A stretch of DNA of 64,000 nucleotides, from NCBI GenBank assembly GCA_016748015.1, contig JAAOMT010000790.1, forward strand, positions 13,479 to 77,478, read 5' to 3'. The translations under genes and the position numbers were made by a program. Below the pieces are notes generated by a model. That model worked only from the letters and a program-made list of their open reading frames with translations. It did no database searches and was not told where the DNA came from. Shown in pieces: positions 24,707-37,223 of this stretch (positions within the stretch are counted from its first letter, which is position 1; each line of letters opens with the position of its first letter). The stretch comes from Geosiphon pyriformis uo1 (lineage: Eukaryota > Fungi > Glomeromycota).

Positions 24707-25626
24707 CTATTAATTAGCATAAAATTACCCTTATAATTCCTATAATTCATTAGTATATTAATATTATTTNNNNNNNNNNNNNNNNNNNNNNNNNNNNNNN
24801 NNNNNNNNNNNNNNNNNNNNNNNNNNNNNNNNNNNNNNNNNNNNNNNNNNNNNNNNNNNNNNNNNNNNNNNNNNNNNNNNNNNNNNNNNAAATTATGAAT
24901 AGTTCACCCAAATTAATCAATAGTTCAGTGAAATAACTTGTAGTTCATCAAAATGTATCTTTAGTTTGCTGGAATTTGGGCAAAGAAAAAAAAGTGCAAG
25001 TTCATAAACTAGTACTACAACAAGTTGTATAAAAGAAGAGCTTTTCTCTTCTGGAAAATGTATCTTACTTTAGATTTATTACTTAAAACCATTTCTACAC
25101 ACATAAAAAGAAATAAATACCAAATAATTTGAAAAACCAAATTCTTTAATTATTGCTCTTGGAAAATCCCCAAAAACCAACTAACATTTCGAAATTGATT
25201 AGCTACCAATTTCAGTAAACTGTTAGTGACTCCAGGCCTGAATAGAAAACGTTTCTCTTGATAAAATTCTATTTCTTTTACATTTCTTTTATTTTCTTTT
25301 ATTTTTCTTACTATAATCATTAGGGTAGCCTACAGACAAGATTCCTGTAGAAGGGTTGACTTTTACAGCAAAGTAATTACACATTTTTAGTAAGCTTCCA
25401 GATGAGCAATTCTTGGGAAAGAGTTGACATTTATTACAATGTAACTACACAAAGCAATTGGCAAGGAATTGGCCATTTCACTTATAAGCCCAGCAGTTCA
25501 AATTATAGAAGATAATTTGAAGATAAATTCAGTTATTGGAGGTTCAACTACTTCCTGAAAACGTGAATTCACAGCAAATCAACATTACCAACATTTAAGA
25601 AAAGAGACCAAAAACCTCTGGTAACA
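24687..25626 (+). repeat. 3' LTR of element B (contains an assembly gap)
   Basis: Preceded by PPT GAGGAGGAGA; matches the 5' LTR. Confidence 0.96.
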
Positions 25627-25630
25627 GCAG

Positions 25631-25836
25631 TCATGAAATGGAAAGAATACTTGAGCCAGAAGTTTGAAGTATACACAGATCACAAAAGATTAACATTACT
25701 TCAAAAACAAGAATTTGGAGATAGAAGACAGTTAAGATAGAAAATGGCACTTGCACCATATAATTATATTATACATTATAAAAAGGGAAAAAACAATGAA
25801 AATGCTGACGGTTTGTCATGAATGAGACAAATCTAG
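25631..25836 (+). pseudogene. Remainder of the element A RNase H
   Basis: MKWKEYLSQKFEVYTDHK...IHYKKGKNNENADGLS*MRQI*. Confidence 0.9.
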
Positions 25837-25917
25837 GAACATTTCAACCCAAAATATAACAAAACCAGAACAATACCAACAAAACCAGAACAATACCAAC
25901 AAAAAATATAACAAAAG

Positions 25918-27289
25918 ATGAACATACAAAAATATTAACAACTGCAATATTATATAAACACTTAACAGTTCAAGGAAAATTTATCTCAAACAAAATGAAA
26001 GAATATTAAACAACAATTAAAATATTTTATCACTCACCAAAATATACTTTATCGGAAAAATAGAAGAACCAACCAGAGTAATTACAGAGCTAGAAAAAGA
26101 GACAATATTATTCAACATGCACTCAAATCCAACAGCAGGACACTTTTACAAAGAAGCAACCATGGAAAGAACCAAAAAAAGATACTATTGGCCATCAATG
26201 TATCCAGACATCATCTAATATGTTCAAAATTGTAATGCTTGTCAGCAAAGAGAAGGAATGAAACCCAGTAAACCATTAAGACCAATCAAAGTAGGACAAC
26301 CATTTGACCGTATTGGAATTAATCTAGTTGGACCATTAATAATTACCAGAGGAGGAAACAGGTACATAGCAGTAGCCATGGACTATTTCACTAAATGGCC
26401 AGAGGCGAAAGCAATTCAAAGAGCAGATGCAGAATCCATTGCCAAATTCGTTCATCAAGATTTAATTTGTCAACACAGATGTCTAAAAGAATTATTATCA
26501 GACCAAGAAACTCATTTTGTGAACAAAACATTAACAGAATTGAGCCAAAGATTCGGAATTAAGAGACCACTATTATCACTATACCATCCACAAACCAACA
26601 AATTAGTCAAAAGATTCAACAGAACATTGTGTGAAGCAATAGCTAAGCTCAGCCAAGAAAACCAAAACAATTGGGACATGTTGATACCATTAGTATTATT
26701 TGCTTATCGAACAATGAAGCAAGACACTACACAAGCAACACTATTTGAATTAGTATATGGTAGAACAGCAACATTACCAGTGGAGATAGAGGTCAACACA
26801 TATCCAACTGAACCAATAACAGAAGAGAATTTCCAAGAAACATTGTTAAGAAGAACATATGACTTAATAGAAACATTGAAAAACAAACAAAAAAGAGCAG
26901 CTAATAACATACAAAAATCACAAGAAAAACAGAAAGAAAGACATGATAATCAACTACCAAACAAACCAGTTGAATTCAAGATTAGAGACAAAGTACTCTT
27001 ATATTGTACCAAAGCAGAAAAACAATGGAGTGGAAAATTTGACCTCAAATGGGATAGACCATTTCACATAGAAAAAATTCTAGGAAATGGAGCTTACAAA
27101 TTAAGACTGGACAACAAAATCTTAACCAAAGCAGCATATGGAGATCAACTGAAACTATACCACAACACTATACTACCATCTACTAGTAATATTCCACAAT
27201 TAGAAGTACAAAGAATACTAGTTTAACCAGATCAGATTCCACAAGATTTGGAACCAATCATTATTATTGACAACAACACGTCAAATTGA
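25918..27289 (+). pseudogene. Element A integrase ORF
   Basis: MHSNPTAGHF...CNACQ; RIGINLVGP; MDYFTKWPEA; SDQETHF; clearly similar to the B integrase. Confidence 0.93.
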
Positions 27290-27313
27290 TTCATCAAAAG
27301 AATATATAAAGAC

Positions 27314-27973
27314 ATGGTAGACATGACAGGAAATATCAGAAAAATAGAAATTACAGACAACATTCACTCACTAGCACAACAACTCTTTCAATTGATCCAA
27401 CACCAGGAAATGAAGATTACAATCAATCAACAAACCATTCAATATCAAGATACTAGAAAGACATTGCAACCCAAAACACAGAAGAAAACTGAAAATACTG
27501 TGGACAAAATCATTATGAAAGTAAAATTAGCAATAAGAGAGTTGACAAAAGAGTCACTATATCAAAAGTTGACTAAAGAAACTTGGAATTGATAGATACA
27601 ACAATTTCCATGAAACTATTGTTATTTTTACTTGGAACAACACGTAAATATCCAAAATCTATATATTAATAAAACAAAGCAATTATTTGACAAAAGAATA
27701 CTACAACAATTAGAACATTTTGTGGGAAAAAACAACTTATTCACACAGGCCCGAGCTATATACCAAATACACACAGCATTTCAGAATAGACCAGAAATAT
27801 TACTCAACAAAGCAATAGATATGGTTACCAGTAATCAATTAGGAAAGATTATCAATGCTCAATTTAAAGAATTACAGACCCAAATAACACAAATAATTCT
27901 CGAAAACAAAATCCAGGAAATACTTCAAGAGGGGGAATTAAACAAGTTGGATTTCAATAGAGCTCAATATTAA
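27314..27973 (+). pseudogene. Element A ORF3 (homologue of B ORF3), disrupted
   Basis: Shared blocks: ITDNIHSLAQQL/IPQNIQQISQKL, ITINQQTIQY/ITINGSQIKY, ARAIYQIHTAF/LRAAFRLYDLF, LGKIINAQFKELQTQITQIIL/IGKLTELKFQQFSDQITSIIL. Confidence 0.75.
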
Positions 27974-27986
27974 AAAGAGGGAATAA

Positions 27987-28865
27987 TGTTACTCATAGAA
28001 ATATAAGAAATATATTAGCATGATTATTAGCCAATCAGAAATAGGCATAGTAAATGTGAAATTCCAGGATTCCTCTCAGGAATTGCAGAATTCCAAGAAT
28101 TTCAGGATTCCCCGACAAAGAATCACAGAATTCCAGAATTCCAGAATTCCTCTCAAAAGAATCGCAGGATTCTAGGAATTCAAGGATTCCTGTTGTGAAG
28201 AATCGAGGAATTGAGGAATCTCAATTATGTATATATAGCAGCAGAACTAGAAGCTAAAAAGACAGATCTCTTAGTTTAGATTTAATCTAAGCAACTCTCC
28301 AAATTACAATCATCTAATAAATAACTATTTGTTATTTCAAACTCATTTCCACTATCAACACTTCATGTTGATAGTAATTGATACTTAACTACACTGGAAC
28401 AATAGTTCTTGATCATGGCTATTGATGGAATACTAACTTGCAAATTGCCTTGGCTTATTTTTTTTTTTTTTTTATTTTATTTTATTTTATTTATTTTCTT
28501 GCTTTGATTTTATTGTTGTTTACTAACTCTATTAAGGATTAATGCATGGGGCACTGATGTCAGAATAAACGTGACTGGTAAAAGACCCAGAAATAAGGGT
28601 AGAACACTTGATTGAGAATAGCTTACCAGGAGGAATATCAGCCATCAAGCTAAGAAAGAAATTGACGAAACTGCAGTTTTGGAAAGCTATGAAAAAAAAA
28701 TTATTACCATTGAATCTCTGTTCATTATACAAAGAACTCAACCAAACCCTTCAGATACAAAACCTTCAGATACCAAACCTTCAGATCATCGACAACAAGA
28801 ATAGCTTTGAACACCAAGTTATAGGTTCATATTTAATTCAACACCAGAAATTGTTACCTGTAACA
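27987..28865 (+). repeat. 3' LTR of element A
   Basis: Preceded by PPT AAAAAGAGGGAA; aligns with 8915-9735 with extra repeat units. Confidence 0.95.
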
Positions 28866-28894
28866 CTGGAGCTCAATCTCTTTGGAAAGGATAA

Positions 28895-29537
28895 TGTTAC
28901 AGTTGAAACCCATAATTTTTATTAATTATTACATGTATTAGCCATTGATGTCATATAATTAGCCACTCTATTTTTAGATAGTGATCATTAACCTGATCAA
29001 TGACCTGACTATTGACCACTTTTATTAGCTATATAAGTAATGAGTCTCTTAGCTGTAGAAAATCATCTCTCAGACAAGAATCAAATAAATAAAAATAACA
29101 ACTTTCATCTCAATCACTCTCTTATTATTAATTTTCTTTTCCCTACCTTTAAGTATCTGAACATCTTAGGATAAAAGATTACTTGTTAGCCTTTTCCTGT
29201 TTGAATAATTGTAGTATTTGAAGACTATTTGTATAAACATGACTGAAGAGCACAATTTGATACCTGATATTGAATTCTAAGAGTTCCGATGTGAAGGCAT
29301 AGAATTAATACCAGCAGTGATCAATTGTTGACAGTACAAACTATTTCTCTACCTTCAGATTCCCAGTTACCTTTGAAAAAAATAGCGACTGAGATATTTT
29401 ATGAGACTGATCTCGCACATTGAATCCATACTCATTCAATTTGCTCTTTAAAGTTGAATTCTTCTTTGATTATTTCCATCACCCTACAATCCTGTTCTCC
29501 CTTGCTATCCATTAGCTTGTTACTCCAACTTGTAACA
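28895..29537 (+). mobile_element. Third LTR (element C) with a 29-bp PPT-bearing stub and no partner LTR
   Basis: TGTTACAGTTG...CAACTTGTAACA termini and TATATAAG near 29031. It is preceded by ggagctcaatctctttggaaaggataa, which resembles the pre-3'LTR ends of A and B. Confidence 0.75.
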
Positions 29538-32500
29538 GTATTATTAACAAATGCCTCAGCTGCAAAAAAAAAAGACATCCCACTATTACTTTTAACTCTG
29601 CCCAATTTAGCCACAAACTTAGTATTAATCCAATACTTACATAAATGCTCATGTCTTTTAATTTTACACAATAGTGGATCATAAAAAATCCTCCAAAGAA
29701 GGGGTGAAAAAACCTCACTCTAATTCAAACCATTATGTACTCTATAACCATTTGAGAGGCCAAAATTGGTCATCACTCTGTTAATTTTATCCTTGTAAAT
29801 ATTGCCAAAAAACTTGATAAACCTGTCACACATCTTGATATGCCATAGGCTAGCCTTTAAGTGGTACCAACTAACAGAATCATATGCCTTATACATATCC
29901 TACAAAACCAACCAAAGTTTTTTATTTTTCTTAAGAGTGTTTTCAACTACTGACCCAACAGCAAACACCAGAACCTGAGTAGAAGTACCCTTTAACACTG
30001 AAAAATTGTCACTGTGGAGAACACCAAACTTGCTACAAGCAAAAAAAATTCTATCAAAAAAGATCTTTCTGGCTGTCTCAATTAAAGCAATAGGGTAGAT
30101 ATTTGTAAGAATTTCATCCCAATCATAAGGTTTAAGGATCATCAAAATTCATGCTCTCTTCCATAAGGCAGACACTATACCAACAAAGAGACATTCATTT
30201 AACAGCACCAAAAGACACTCTATTACACTCTCGTCATCATGCTTCTAAAGTTTGTTCAGAATGCCAGACAAGCTAATGGTTTTGCCATCAGGCAGACCAC
30301 CAACAACTACAAACAACTCACTCATGTTAATTATATCCATTACACCAGAAAAAACATTATCTCTAACATAGTTCAATAGTACATACTGATGAGCCCAGAG
30401 ATCAGACAGCACAGAAAACACCACACATTTCCTTGTTCAACCTTTCATGATCCTGTTAATATTTAATCTTATTTCATCTGAATTCAATACCAGCTCATTA
30501 TTAACCACCAAGTGATCCAACACCACCTTTCAAAAGAGTCTATCTAAAACACTTCTGATCATACTACCCTTGTCCGAACAAAACTTTTTCATGTGTTTCT
30601 CAATAGCTGCTCTGATAGAAGCATTTTGCACCAATTTTGATTCATATATTTTGGACTTTCTGTACCCTTTTCTGACAATTGACAAATATTTAAGAATGTT
30701 TATCATTTTTTGATCAGCATGAACCATGTTTCTCAACACAAGAGCCTTATCAGTATCCAAAGTTGACCATTTTTCAACAAGGCAATCGAACCTGAAAGTG
30801 TTATCAGATTCCAACTTCTTGACAATTTTGACAACCAACAACTCCAATCCCAGAAATTTAGAAAACTGCTTATTTTTTGAACACTGAAAATCACTGAACC
30901 AAAGCCTAAAAAAGATCTCATCTGCAAAACCCACCAATGCTCCTTCCAGTAGCAACCACATAGCATCTAAATCATGATCTGCAGCTGTGACAAGAAACTT
31001 AATCTTTATTATCAGAATTCTGGCAGAGGAGCAATCTCTAAAATAAGACCACCCAGTACTGTCTGCATCTTTGATTTTGAACTTCCAACAATCCTTGTAA
31101 ACTTGTTTGTGCAAACCATTTAACTGAACATCCAGGAGTCCACTCAAACTGACCAATACCACCACAGCATTGTGGTCTATATCAAAGAAATCAGAAACAG
31201 AACCAACCCAATGTTTTACAACAGTAGAAAATAGACTCTTACTAACAAAAATGTAATCAATAGTCCTTTCAGCACTTCTTGAATTGCACCATATAGGAGT
31301 CTTAATCAAATAATGACTATTAAACAAATTAACCAGATCCAAACTCGAGCAGAACTTAAAACTTGCACTTCTTCCAGACCTGCACTTATTAAAATCTCCA
31401 CCCAAAACCATGAAAGTACTGGTGTTAACAGTCTTAGCAATAATAGAGTTAACCTCAAGTGCTTGTTCAAAATGGATGCCAGCAGAAACAGCAACATACA
31501 AACCAAGAACAGACACCAAGAGCTTGCTCTTGAACAAAAGCCACACCAAAATAATCTAACCAGGAACCACTTCAACCTTAGAAACATGATGAGCCAAAAA
31601 ATTGTTCATAACAACAGCAATACCAGCACCAAGACACCCAACATCCAAACCAGAAGTAAAAATCTGAACTTCATCATATTTATCTTTGATCCAAAGCCTA
31701 GAAGAAGACCTCAACTTTGTCTTAGTAATGAAAGAAACCGTATTCCTAGAACTTATATACTAGCAAATAACATCCACTTGCTTTGCAGGAACATTGATAC
31801 TCCGAACGTTGCATATAGCAAATTTTCAAACCAAACCACTTATTGGGATAAAGAAGATAATAGGGAGCCAGAACCAGAACACAAATAATCCAATCTGATT
31901 AACACTGAACTAATTGAAGCTTTCAAAGACATCATCTTTAACTCTAATTTACCCACCTTGGTGGTTAGAATCTTGGAGCTACTTAAACTGAAACCAAAAG
32001 CATCATCAACAACAGCAGAAAAAGAGGGAGCAGAAGGCTCTGATACACCATCCAAAACCATATCCAAGTTAACTTCTGAAGCCAAAGATGTAAAAACAGC
32101 CAAAGAAAGCTCATGAAAAACAGGTGTCAAAGGCACTAGTTCCACAAAGCTCAACTTTTTCACAATATCAAAAATCTAATCGGTTAAAAGCTTCAAAGAC
32201 CATTCCAAAGATGCCAAGTGATTGACCAAATTAGAGACACCATAGGAATTGGTACTGTTAGAAGAGGACCAAGCATCAATAGAAAATTTAGCACCAGGAG
32301 ATGGATCAGTACTTAAAGAAGATGAAGAACCCAAAAGAAAAGAGGAACCACCTGCAACTTAAGCCCAAGTTTTGCTACCAAAAAAAACCAGACAAATGAT
32401 AGATGTCTGCTTTTTTTTATAAATGTTGGCCAGGCAAATCCAATTTTGATCAGTCACCACCCACTTTTCATGAATTCCAGAATTCTCACCAACTGAACAC

Positions 32501-33900
32501 ATATCAGAAACATGACCAAATTGTTTATATTTGGCACAACATGCCAATGAAAGACTAGTCTAGTGCAAACTCACATTCTTGAAAACTGAAACAGAACCAA
32601 TAGCAGTCAACTTGGATGCTCTATTCTCAAAACAAATGACAGTACACCTATCTCATTTGTAAGACACAGGATTATGGCCAATAAAATAGGTTTTCTTACC
32701 ATAAGCCTCCACTAAAACAGAAAAATTATGGATCATGGTGCCAATTGAAAGAGTATAAAGCAAAGCCCAATGCTGATCCCTAAACACCCATGCTTGTTTG
32801 TCCTCATTTGCCAAAACCACATGTACAGAATCTTTTCTCATGAACATTAACCATTTAAAAGCAACCAGACTAGCCACTTTAGATGACTTAAACTCTATAA
32901 TAGTCTTCTGCCAAAGTCTAATTAACTGCATTTTAATCGAAATAATCTTGCCAAATTTGAAGAAAACTGATTTCATTACTGATCTAAAAAGATTCACTGG
33001 GATTTTCTTGATGATCACCTCTTAATTTGATCAGCTGTTTACCTTTCTAAAATCATTATTAACAAGAATTTTATTACTAATTGCCAGCACTTTAGCCTTA
33101 TTCAAACTAAATTCTGATGTAAAAAATGATCTGATAATCTCAAGGAATTTTGAGAGAGTGGAAGTATCCCCAAAACCATCCACTTAATAGAAAATTTTTT
33201 TTATTGAAATTAATTTATCATTAACTAACTTGTCAAGCACTGCAAAAAGCTCAATATCAAGTGCAAAAGATTTTGTTGAATTAAAACACTGCATTCTCAG
33301 GGCACATAATTCGAGCAGCAGCACCTGATTGAACCTAATATCTACATGAAAAGGAAGCTTCAGTGCAACATCATCATTACTTATACTTTCGAAAGAAGGT
33401 TGTCTCAGTGAGTTACCCAGTGCGTATATTCAAGTGCAAGTTTTTCTTGGCATAGCATTGTTTATGTTATCATCCTCACCTGATTCTGTGTAACTGGTCT
33501 CCTCAGCCATTGTGTTTGCCATGTTTTCTACATCTGAAAGATTGCTTATACTGTCAGCAACACTGCCAATCTCACTTCCCCAGGACACCCCAGACTTGAC
33601 ACCGACACTACTAATATTTTCTACACTTAACAGATCAGTAGACAAGTTGATTACATTACCAGCTACCGGCTTTTTTGGCTTTTTGTAGGATACATTATGT
33701 GAGTAGACTGTATTCACATGCTTATTTTTCACACTTTGACAGGTTCCCAAACCAGCCAAAATCAAACCCGAACCACTAGCAGAAAAGCCCACTGGTTCTA
33801 TCATGACAAATGAAGGTATAGTAGAAGAAATAGCTAATAGAGATTAGGAGAAAAAAAGAAAAAAAAGCGACTTTTTCAAAGTTATTAATGCTCTTATCAT
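29538..33900 (-). mobile_element. Non-LTR retrotransposon (LINE), 5' part: ORF1 and ORF2 (APE endonuclease, RT), truncated at LTR C
   Basis: ORF1 33804 to ~31840 with an RRM-like segment, a CCAKYKQFGHVSDMC knuckle and a coiled coil. ORF2 has GGDFN, TIDYIF, DIDHNAV (APE) and PIALIE, DMYKAYDSV, FSPLLW, AFVNNT (RT, degraded FVDD). Confidence 0.9.
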
Positions 33901-35644
33901 GGTCAGAAGATTGACAAGAAAAAAGATTTTTTTATTACTAATTTATTAAGTTATTTATATTAAAACAATTAATAAAATTACAAACTAATAAAAAAAATAA
34001 AATAAAAAATATTTCTAAAAGTGTTAATTATTTATTTATTTTTACTAATATTATAAAACTGTTTTTTTGGTATATTTAATATCAATAATTTTAGTTTAAA
34101 CTAAAATCAGTCTTTTATAAATTCATTAATTTTGATTGTATAATATTAATAATTTTAAGTATTTATCTTAAATAAAACAGATTTTTTTAAAAAAATTCTA
34201 TTAATAAATAATAATTTTATTTAAAAATAATTATAAATAAGTTTTATAATAAATTTATAACAATAATTTGATTTTTAATATTATATTATTTTTTTTTGAT
34301 TAATTATAATTCATAAACAAAATAATCAAAAAGCTTTAATAAAGAACAGTTTTAATCAAATCATAAAATTTTATTCTTTGTTAAAATCATATGATATTTA
34401 ATTGAAAACGTTTTTAAAAAACATATTTAAAAAAAAATGTGTTATTAAAATTTTGATATTAATGATGTATATAAATTCATTTTAAAAAAAGTATGTTATT
34501 ATTCAAATTATTTTTTAAAAATTTCAAGTAAAAAATTGTCTAATCATTCATTAATAAAAGTTATTATTATTTTAAAATTGCTACGCTTTTTTTTTTGTAT
34601 GATGGGACATTGAAAATTTCTTTCCACAGAAGAAATTCTCCAGGAAACAAGAATGGTCTTTGATTTTCATGTTAAAAAGATTTTGTTCTTTTTAATATTT
34701 TCTCTTTTGAAATTGTGATATATCTTCTCTTTTGAGATTATAATATCGAAAAGATTATAAAAGCAAATAAAATCAAAAAAAAAATGGGTACAAAACAATA
34801 TCTTTCTTTTTTCTTCACCAAACTCTTTCGCAAAGGAAAAAGTCAATTTTTTAGTTTGGATCAATGACAAAGCCTTGGTATTTGGTAATAGACTCAAAAC
34901 GACCATTACAATTTCACAGAAGAAAGCAAAAGTACTATTATCTATTATCTCATAGGACTTGCTGAAGTATCTCTTTTTATTCCAAAGAGATTTACCTCAT
35001 GTAAGGAATTTAAAAGAAATTAAACATACACTTGCAGTACAAAATTAGGAACTAGACATTTTTTAGCTTGTAGTGCCGTGAAAAGGTCGAGAAGTTTGTA
35101 AAATAATCCAAAATATTATATATATTTAGTTTAAAACGATAGATTTGAACGCCCAACTTTTATTGGTAAACCCAACAGAAATTTCTGGTAGAAAAGTTCA
35201 CTTTTTTCGGATTGGAACATAATTCATAGTCCAAAATTATTATTATTATTATTATTATTATTACTTCTACTAATAAAGAAAGTCCATACCTTTACACTAT
35301 CGATAAATCAATAATGGTCGTTTTTGATTGGTCTCCCAATTCATATTCTGATTCATTTTGTTAAATATCATGGTTGACTATTTTTGATGAAGCAAATTTG
35401 TATCCCTGAACTCAGGAATTGACACACTAGTTGGGATATTTCAAATCTTGAGATTTTATTTCAAGAGTTGGGGAAATAAAATATTAAAGCTTTCTTCACT
35501 GAAACGATACATAATACTAATTTGAAATTACTATTCCTTGAACCGATAGAGAATACGAATGAGAAAAAACCTTAATCAATATCCTAAAGTAACAAGAAAA
35601 AAAAACCACAAAGAGTTCATAAAAGTGCTTTTCAGCTCTTTTCT

Positions 35645-36853
35645 TTAAACTCCAAAGAATTTCGCTCCCATTAAGAGTTCAATCCCTTTAACGCCAGCAA
35701 CTTTTGCAATGCGAATTATCTGTTCATCAACGACTGATTTTTCCCAATTCTGAATCGCATATTTCATGGCACCAATCTTCAAATTAGTATCTTCATGCTT
35801 CCAGCCTAACAGAAACAATTCATCCCAATTATCGTGTCTCAATTCAGCTAACATCATATCAACAACGGTCTTTGCAAGATCTTTCAGTACACGCATACAA
35901 GCGTCTGAATAAAGTTCTGGTAATTTCTCTGTTGGAAATTCAACAGGGATTCTGTTGGTATAAAGATAATACACCAAAGCTCGAAACGTTTCATAAGTTA
36001 CCCCAGTGACAAGTACCTCCTTGTTTTTGGTTTCAATCCAATCACCATCATACATTTTGTCGAAATAGGTTGATCGTGCCGCCAATACCACTCGATGAGC
36101 ATTCAATCTCGAGCCACAACTAAAGGTGAACACGAGATCAGATAATCGCGTATTATCGAAGAGGGTTTCGAAAAAGGAAGTGTCTTGAATCTTTTCCGAG
36201 ATTAATAAATTTGTCTCGACAATTTGGTCAGAGGAAAGTTGATTCCAGATAGAAACTTGTATAATAAGGTCAATATCACCTTCTCTGGGATGATTCTCAT
36301 CGAAAATTTCATCAATTGGACAAATGTTATGGAATCCGAAACCTGTTTTTTGCATGGCGAAATCGAATTTACCTTGACTAATTTCGGTGGTGGCTAATTT
36401 CGTATACTTTTCTGGAAAGTTTAGTTCATCACGAATAACGTGAAATAATTTGATCTGATAACGTATGGAACGTTTATCCACCTTTTCCAATTTTTCCTCT
36501 TCACTTTGAAATGCCCAGAGATATGCACCGAGGGTTTTTGAAGGGACATAGGTATTTTTCGAAGGTGAATTGATGGTACAACCTAATCGCCATACAAAAT
36601 GTGAATTTGTTGTTGTTGAATTTTTTTTAACTTTTGCTTCAGCCGTTTTCCAATTCTTATTTGATGACATTGATGACATTGATGATGTTGATGTTGATGT
36701 TGATTTTGATGCTGGAGAAACAAAATATTCACTGTAGATAGTTGATGAAATTAAATTGTTATCTATCACATATTTGAAATGGGGAATTTTCCAGACAAAT
36801 GTGAATGAGCTTTCGTCAGTATTTGTAGTGATATTGTCAATTTTTTTTTCCAT
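35645..36853 (-). CDS. MATH-BTB/POZ protein (SPOP-like Cul3 adaptor), intronless
   Basis: N-terminal FTFVWKI...YSEYF...WRL...GFGF MATH-like strands; BTB SDLVF...AHRVVLAARSTYFDKM...FRALVYYLYT. Confidence 0.85.
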   Translation of the reverse strand: MEKKIDNITTNTDESSFTFVWKIPHFKYVIDNNLISSTIYSEYFVSPASKSTSTSTSSMSSMSSNKNWKTAEAKVKKNSTTTNSHFVWRLGCTINSPSKNTYVPSKTLGAYLWAFQSEEEKLEKVDKRSIRYQIKLFHVIRDELNFPEKYTKLATTEISQGKFDFAMQKTGFGFHNICPIDEIFDENHPREGDIDLIIQVSIWNQLSSDQIVETNLLISEKIQDTSFFETLFDNTRLSDLVFTFSCGSRLNAHRVVLAARSTYFDKMYDGDWIETKNKEVLVTGVTYETFRALVYYLYTNRIPVEFPTEKLPELYSDACMRVLKDLAKTVVDMMLAELRHDNWDELFLLGWKHEDTNLKIGAMKYAIQNWEKSVVDEQIIRIAKVAGVKGIELLMGAKFFGV

Positions 36854-37223
36854 TTTTTTTTCGCAAAAGGGGAAGCAAGGGAGAAAGGGTAAAAGGGTAA
36901 AGGGGTAATAATGGTATAAAGGTAAAAGAGAAAATGGAAAAATTTACTTTTGTCAGATCATAAAACTGGATTTTCAAAGATATATGTAAACAAAGCAATA
37001 CAAAATTTTTTTGATGTCATAGAGAGAGATTATTGGTACTGAAATAGATGCTGGGTAATAATTACGTTTGTAACAATGTTTATCATGTTAAAAATATACT
37101 TGTATATAGTGATTCCCAATTATGAATAATATTTATAATATATCATTAAATCACGAGCTTCTGAAGGAAAAAAATATTTATCATTACAAATATCTAATCC
37201 AATTGGGGTCAAAAATTCTGAAA

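Larger units (their letters stand above)
15835..25626 (+). mobile_element. Ty3/Gypsy LTR retrotransposon B nested in the RNase H of element A
   Basis: Near-identical LTRs 15835-16847 and 24687-25626; TSD GCAG at 15831-15834 and 25627-25630; removing B restores AIYWA|VMKWKEYLSQKFEVYTDHK. Confidence 0.97.
8915..28865 (+). mobile_element. Ty3/Gypsy LTR retrotransposon A (outer element, interrupted by element B)
   Basis: Direct-repeat LTRs 8915-9735 and 27987-28865 (TGTTAC...GTAACA), PBS after the 5' LTR, purine tract before the 3' LTR, and domain order gag-PR-dUT-RT-RH-IN. Confidence 0.95.
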
